NCBI RefSeq assembly: GCF_947500795.1
Contig: NZ_CANMTE010000007.1
Coordinates: 12,456 to 76,455 of the forward strand
Reading direction: 5' to 3'
Source of the DNA: an uncultured Gelidibacter sp.
GTDB taxonomy: Bacteria; Bacteroidota; Bacteroidia; Flavobacteriales; Flavobacteriaceae
DNA: 64,000 nt
Part shown: one piece after another, positions 59,256-64,000 of the stretch
Position numbering within the stretch: position 1 is the stretch's first letter
Layout: each line of letters opens with the position of its first letter
The notes under the pieces: generated by a model
Told to the model about the DNA's origin: nothing
Database searches by the model: none
Seen by the model: the letters and a program-made list of their open reading frames with translations, nothing else
Made by a program: the position numbers and the translations under genes

Positions 59256-61130
59256 ATGTTAGTCTATCTCCTAAAATCCGCCGCATGTTTGGCCATCTTT
59301 ATGGTCTTCTATAAGTATGTCTTAGAGAAAGAAAATATGCATGTTTTTAAACGCTACTATTTATTAGGCGCATTAGTGCTTGCTTTCACCATTCCATTGG
59401 TAACCTTTACGCAAACCATTGAGGTCTTCACTATCCCCGGAACCAATGAAGCAACAGTGCATTATGTTGAAAACGCTCCACAAATAGAACAGACAAACTA
59501 CCTTCCTTTGATTTTATGGAGTATTTACGGATTGGGCTTAGTGTTATTCGGAACGAAATTTTTGCGGAATCTTTATCAGATAATTTTCAAAATCAACCGG
59601 AATCCTAAGAAAAAATCAAATCATATTGTTCATGTGCTATTATCGGACATGATCACACCACACACCTTTTTTAAATACATTTTTTTGAACAAACAGAAAT
59701 TTGAAAATAAGGAAATACCACAGGAAGTCTTTTGGCACGAAGAAGCCCATGCCATCCAAAAGCACAGTATTGATTTATTGTTTGTAGAATTATTACAAGT
59801 GATCTTCTGGTTTAACCCAATTATTTTCTTTGCCAAGCATTCCATAAAAATGAACCACGAGTTCTTAGCGGATCGGGCCGTATTAAACAAAGGCGTCAAC
59901 GCCGTAAATTACCAACACATTTTATTGGCATTCTCATCAAATGCTACAGAACCAATCGGAATGGCAAACGCCATCAATTATTCATCAATCCGCCTTAAGG
60001 TGTTTGGAAAACGAATCACGCTTTTCAATTCATTCGGACAGGTCAAAAAACGATTTACAGTCATGAAAACACACACCACAAAACAAAAAGTATGGTCAAA
60101 AAGCCTGGTACTTTTACCATTATTGGCACTAACACTTTATGGGTTTAGTGAGAAAAAAGAAATTGTCAAGGAAGTTTATCTCCAAGATACTTCACAAGAG
60201 ACGGATCAGAAAAAAGCAACGCCTGAAGAAGTAGCCGAATATAATAAGTTAGCGAAACACTACAACACCCAATCAGACGACAACCGCGTTATAAAGCTAA
60301 AAGATATGACACGAATTAAAGTGCTCTATGATAAACTGAGTGCTGAGCAAAAGGCAAACGCCGAGACTTTACCTAATTTCCCACCGCCACCACCGCCACC
60401 AGCCGCTCCTATTGCGAAACAAGCTATGCGCCAACCACCACCGCCACCATTACCACCAAATCCAACCAGAGAACAAATAAAAGCTCATGAAAAGGCTGTT
60501 GAAAAGTCGGTAGAAAAACATATGGAGCAACACCAGTATACCTATAAGCACAAAACTGAGGACGGAAAGGAAATAGAGGTATTAGTTATTCAGGATACCG
60601 ATGTTCACCTCCCGCCACCTCCGCCACCTCCAGCTTCTCCGTTAGTTCACGCCAGCAATATGGCGAAGAAAGATGCACAATTTTTCTATGAAGGCAAATC
60701 GATAACGTCTGACGAGGCCATTGCAATGTTGAGAAAAGACCAATCACTCAATATCTCAACAACGCAATCAGATACCAACAAACCACTAGTGCATATCACG
60801 AAAGACCCTATTAAAACTAAAAACACCAATTCATACAAGGTGTCTCCGGGTAAAAACTATACAATACATTCCGCTGTAACCAACTTAGTAGTCGATGCTG
60901 ATACATTAGAGGAATTAAAATCTTTTGACTTTGATGGATTGATGAAGATTTTTTCAGAAAACCAACCTGAGACTATGGTATCCGTAGAATTTAATTACAA
61001 TAAACCAGTTTTATTAAATGATTCATTAATGAGTAAATTCAAATATGTAATCACTTGTAAAAGTTCCGACTTGAATGAAAACATACTTAAATTTAAACAT
61101 GTATTAAGTACTTTACAACCTGCAAAATAG
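59256..61130 (+). CDS. M56 (BlaR1-type) zinc-peptidase signal transducer with a proline-rich C-terminal region
   Basis: TPHTFF, HEEAHAIQKHSIDLL (HExxH), FWFNP, NHEFLAD; three poly-Pro tracts. Confidence 0.93.
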   Translation: MLVYLLKSAACLAIFMVFYKYVLEKENMHVFKRYYLLGALVLAFTIPLVTFTQTIEVFTIPGTNEATVHYVENAPQIEQTNYLPLILWSIYGLGLVLFGTKFLRNLYQIIFKINRNPKKKSNHIVHVLLSDMITPHTFFKYIFLNKQKFENKEIPQEVFWHEEAHAIQKHSIDLLFVELLQVIFWFNPIIFFAKHSIKMNHEFLADRAVLNKGVNAVNYQHILLAFSSNATEPIGMANAINYSSIRLKVFGKRITLFNSFGQVKKRFTVMKTHTTKQKVWSKSLVLLPLLALTLYGFSEKKEIVKEVYLQDTSQETDQKKATPEEVAEYNKLAKHYNTQSDDNRVIKLKDMTRIKVLYDKLSAEQKANAETLPNFPPPPPPPAAPIAKQAMRQPPPPPLPPNPTREQIKAHEKAVEKSVEKHMEQHQYTYKHKTEDGKEIEVLVIQDTDVHLPPPPPPPASPLVHASNMAKKDAQFFYEGKSITSDEAIAMLRKDQSLNISTTQSDTNKPLVHITKDPIKTKNTNSYKVSPGKNYTIHSAVTNLVVDADTLEELKSFDFDGLMKIFSENQPETMVSVEFNYNKPVLLNDSLMSKFKYVITCKSSDLNENILKFKHVLSTLQPAK

Positions 61131-61154
61131 TTTACATAACTTTTTAAATCTCCT

Positions 61155-61193
61155 ACACCTCAATGAATCAAAAAACATTGAGGTGTTTTTTTT
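61155..61193 (+). terminator. Terminator after the M56 gene
   Basis: ACACCTCAATG-N10-CATTGAGGTGT followed by a T-run. Confidence 0.88.
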
Positions 61194-61243
61194 GGAAATA
61201 ATTTGTAACAAATCACCAACCATAACGTTCTAATAATCAACCT

Positions 61244-61264
61244 GTCCTGAGCGTAGACGAAGGA
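61244..61264 (+). repeat. Possible degenerate REP-like element
   Basis: GTCCTGAGCGTAGACGAAGGA (TCCT/AGGA closing stem). It resembles short intergenic repeats I recall from Bacteroidota; single copy here. Confidence 0.4.
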
Positions 61265-61287
61265 TCAATCAAAAATCGAATCATCTT

Positions 61288-62388
61288 ATGTTAAAAAATT
61301 TCTTCATTCTGTGCTCCGGCTCAGATACTGATATTCTGGACCATTGTTCCAACGGCGAACAAAATAAATATGCAGGTATTGGCGCTACCGTTTTCTTTAC
61401 CGCACTTATGGCTACCATTGCGGCCAGTTATGCCCTCTTTACTGTATTTGACAACCCCTATATTTCCATAGGCTTTGGCTTAATTTGGGGTCTGCTCATT
61501 TTTAATCTCGATCGTTTTATTGTTTCTACCATAAAAAAAAAGGGTCGTTTTACTGACGAATTGATTCAGGCGGCACCGCGACTCATTTTAGCCATTATTA
61601 TTGCAGTAGTCATTTCTAAACCTTTAGAATTGAAAATCTTTGAAAAGGAAATCAATCAAGTGTTGTTAGAACAAAAGAACGATTTGACACTCGCCAATAA
61701 AGATCAAATCGCACAACAATTTACGCCCGCTCAGACAGCTTTGCAGAATGATATTATCGCGTTACAATCGCAAATTGAGACCAAAGAAGCAGATGTAAAT
61801 GCACTCTATAGCACGTACATTTCTGAAGCAGAAGGCACTGCTGGCACACAACGTTTAGGAAAAGGCCCTGTTTACAAAGAAAAACGTGATAAGCATGATG
61901 CTGCATTGGCCGAATTACAACAGTTAAAACAGAGCAACACTGAAAAAATTGCAGGTATTGAAAATCAACTGTTACAATTACAGACCGATTATTCCACCAA
62001 AGTTGCCAATACACAACCTATTATTGATGGATTTGATGGGTTAATGGCTCGGGTTAATGCTTTAAACACCTTGCCTTTGCTGCCCTCGCTTTTCATTTTT
62101 CTTTTGTTCCTAGCCATAGAAACCTCGCCCATTTTCGCCAAATTATTATCGCCTAAAGCAGAATACGATTATAAATTAGAAGATGCTGAAACCGCCATTA
62201 AAACTTGGGTGGAGCAAAAAGTAAATGAACGTAAGACGCTTTTGCAAACGGATATGGCTATTAACAACAAAGTTTATAATGACATTGCCGAAGAAGACGA
62301 GCTCTACCAATACAAACGTAAAAAAGCAAGAGCGCTCATGCAGCTTCAAGCGGATGCATTTTTTAATCATCAGAAAAACGCACTTTAA
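61288..62388 (+). CDS. DUF4407-like membrane / coiled-coil protein
   Basis: KYAGIGATVFFTA, WGLLIFNLDRFIVS, PRLILA..ISKPLEL, EAEGTAGT..GKGP, ETSPIFAKLL. Confidence 0.85.
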   Translation: MLKNFFILCSGSDTDILDHCSNGEQNKYAGIGATVFFTALMATIAASYALFTVFDNPYISIGFGLIWGLLIFNLDRFIVSTIKKKGRFTDELIQAAPRLILAIIIAVVISKPLELKIFEKEINQVLLEQKNDLTLANKDQIAQQFTPAQTALQNDIIALQSQIETKEADVNALYSTYISEAEGTAGTQRLGKGPVYKEKRDKHDAALAELQQLKQSNTEKIAGIENQLLQLQTDYSTKVANTQPIIDGFDGLMARVNALNTLPLLPSLFIFLLFLAIETSPIFAKLLSPKAEYDYKLEDAETAIKTWVEQKVNERKTLLQTDMAINNKVYNDIAEEDELYQYKRKKARALMQLQADAFFNHQKNAL

Positions 62389-62428
62389 GAATTAGTCAGT
62401 ATATTTAAGTTTCACTAAAATTCTTATC

Positions 62429-62875
62429 ATGAAACTCATCTATGCTTGCCTAATACTGCTTACATTTTCCTGTAAACCACATATTGAAAATCAGCATGCT
62501 CCTTCAGAAGCAGAAACTGTAACGGCCATAAAGAAAGTGCTTGCCGATCAGGAGATAGCGTGGAATCGTCACGATTTAGAAGGGTTTATGCAAGGCTATT
62601 GGAAGAATGATTCTCTAAAATTCTACGGCAGCAAAGGACTGACTACCGGATGGGACCAAACTTTGGCCAATTATAAAAAAGGGTACCCTACCCAAGCTGA
62701 GAGTGGCACCCTTAAATTTGTAATAAATGATATTTCAAAAATTGAAAATAATTCCTATATCGTCTTTGGCGAATTCCATTTAGAACGCAGCATAGGCAAT
62801 GCAAACGGCATATTTACCATCATTTTTAAATACATTGATGGGCAATGGAAGATTATTGCGGATATGACTTGTTAA
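62429..62875 (+). CDS. NTF2/SnoaL-like (YybH/DUF4440) lipoprotein
   Basis: Lipobox TFSC; AWNRHDLEGFMQGYW, GWDQTLANYKKGYP, WKIIADMTC. Confidence 0.85.
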   Translation: MKLIYACLILLTFSCKPHIENQHAPSEAETVTAIKKVLADQEIAWNRHDLEGFMQGYWKNDSLKFYGSKGLTTGWDQTLANYKKGYPTQAESGTLKFVINDISKIENNSYIVFGEFHLERSIGNANGIFTIIFKYIDGQWKIIADMTC

Positions 62876-63157
62876 TTAAGCGGCGTTTTCCTCAGATTTG
62901 AAATGCTCATATAAGTCGTCGCAACCCATACCAATTATAGAGAGATCCTTCCCTCTTCTCAAGGATTCATTATGTAATTGGGCTAAAGCGTTCACCCCAT
63001 AACGATCAATGCTCGTCAGGCATTCTATATTTATAATCAACGAATTTTTAGTATCGAAAATATTCGAAAATTCACTTTTAAATAAATGAATGTTGCCTTT
63101 GTGAAGGGTGCCTTCTACTTGAAAGATGTTGTTCTGATTAGTAATTTGTAAATCCAT
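62876..63157 (-). CDS. Stand-alone STAS-domain protein
   Basis: FQVEGTL, LIINIECLTSIDRYGVNAL; STAS-like secondary-structure pattern. Confidence 0.8.
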   Translation of the reverse strand: MDLQITNQNNIFQVEGTLHKGNIHLFKSEFSNIFDTKNSLIINIECLTSIDRYGVNALAQLHNESLRRGKDLSIIGMGCDDLYEHFKSEENAA

Positions 63158-63336
63158 AATAGCATCATTTAAATGTTAGAGTCTGTAAATAGCTATTAAT
63201 CAAACAGGAACACCTCAAATTTCGACAAAAATAATAGAACATCATTATAATTTCGACCAATGACACGCTATAAGGATTATTGCGAATTCACGTCGCATTT
63301 ACTCGACAAAATACACTATATCAGCATTTTACTTAC

Positions 63337-64000
63337 TTAAAATTTTCGATCTGGATGGAACATCTTTACATCAAGACTCAATGTTTTATCAGAAATCATT
63401 TCAGTTACCAGTTTACCTGTTCCCGTAGCCATACTCCAACCCATCATGGCATGGCCTGCCGCAACAATTAAATTAGAGCATTTTGCAGACTTCCCTATGT
63501 ACGGCAACCCATCCGGAGACACCGGACGCAAACCTGATGCCGCACCGTCTTTTTCATCTTCAGTTAACGCGATATCGGGATAGTATTTTGAAACGGCATT
63601 GGCGATGGCATCCACACGCGTTTTATTGATGTTATCATTAATACCTGCAATTTCCATTGTACCACCAAAACGCGTAAATCCGTTCATCGGCGTCACCGCC
63701 ACCTTCGATTCTGTTAAAATAGCAGGCAACTTAATTCCTGTAGGACGTGAGGTGTTAATTCTATAACCTTTTCCCGCCTGCAACAATAAGTTAATCCCTA
63801 ACTTTTTACTTAAGAATGCACTCCATGACCCAGCCGCCAAGACAAATTCATCTGCAGTAAACCTATGTGATTTGGTGATAAGCGCTACTATTTTCTGATT
63901 GCTGACTTCTAAATCCTCAACTTTTTCATTCGCATAAAACACGACCCCTTTCAATTTTAAATAGGCTTTCATTTCGGTCATAAACTCATTGGGAGTGGTA
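63337..64000 (-). CDS. DadA-like FAD-dependent oxidoreductase, C-terminal part (gene starts beyond the right edge)
   Basis: VLAAGSWS, QAGKGY, RFGGTME, GLRPVSPDGLPYIG, GHAMMGWSMATGTG; the frame stays open to base 64000. Confidence 0.9.
   Translation of the reverse strand, partial: TTPNEFMTEMKAYLKLKGVVFYANEKVEDLEVSNQKIVALITKSHRFTADEFVLAAGSWSAFLSKKLGINLLLQAGKGYRINTSRPTGIKLPAILTESKVAVTPMNGFTRFGGTMEIAGINDNINKTRVDAIANAVSKYYPDIALTEDEKDGAASGLRPVSPDGLPYIGKSAKCSNLIVAAGHAMMGWSMATGTGKLVTEMISDKTLSLDVKMFHPDRKF

Noticed and set aside
61288-62388. DUF4407 protein as an anti-phage membrane effector
   Set aside because: No defence-associated neighbours or enzymatic motifs; the context looks like core genome.

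Overview
Chromosomal window from a Flavobacteriaceae (Bacteroidota) genome; lineage inferred from SusC/SusD pairs, protein families and TTTG-N19..21-TAnnTTTG promoters. Bases 1-54,273 form one very large host-glycoprotein utilisation locus, mostly on the minus strand. The N-glycan arm has 2x GH2, PNGase F, 4x GH92, 2x GH29, GH20, glycosylasparaginase, a FucP/GluP MFS transporter, a GHL10-like protein, GH18, a CBM9-like protein, GH130 and an SSS symporter. The centre holds a LytS/LytTR two-component system and a SusC/SusD pair. The sialic-acid arm has a GH20-O-acetylesterase fusion, GH27, a GDSL-SASA esterase, LrgA/LrgB, a GH33 sialidase, a creatininase-family amidohydrolase, NanE, a GntR regulator, NanQ, NanA and a second SusC/SusD. 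To the right lie catalase, tRNA-Leu(TAG), an M20 dipeptidase, a secreted hypothetical protein, BlaI/M56, DUF4407, an NTF2-like protein, a STAS protein and a truncated DadA-like oxidoreductase. Best candidate for an undescribed system: the sialic-acid arm pairs an intact creatininase-family amidohydrolase with an LrgA/LrgB pair and two O-acetylesterases, while no NanT, kinase, NagA or NagB is in view. This suggests a module that strips acyl groups from modified nonulosonic acids and moves the small acids released. At DNA level there are full consensus promoters inside the loops of two terminators, a palindromic operator candidate at two nan promoters, and a dispersed 42-bp repeat carrying GCGNAGC mini-hairpins. 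No integrase, transposase or CRISPR array was seen. All family assignments come from motif recognition, not database searches.
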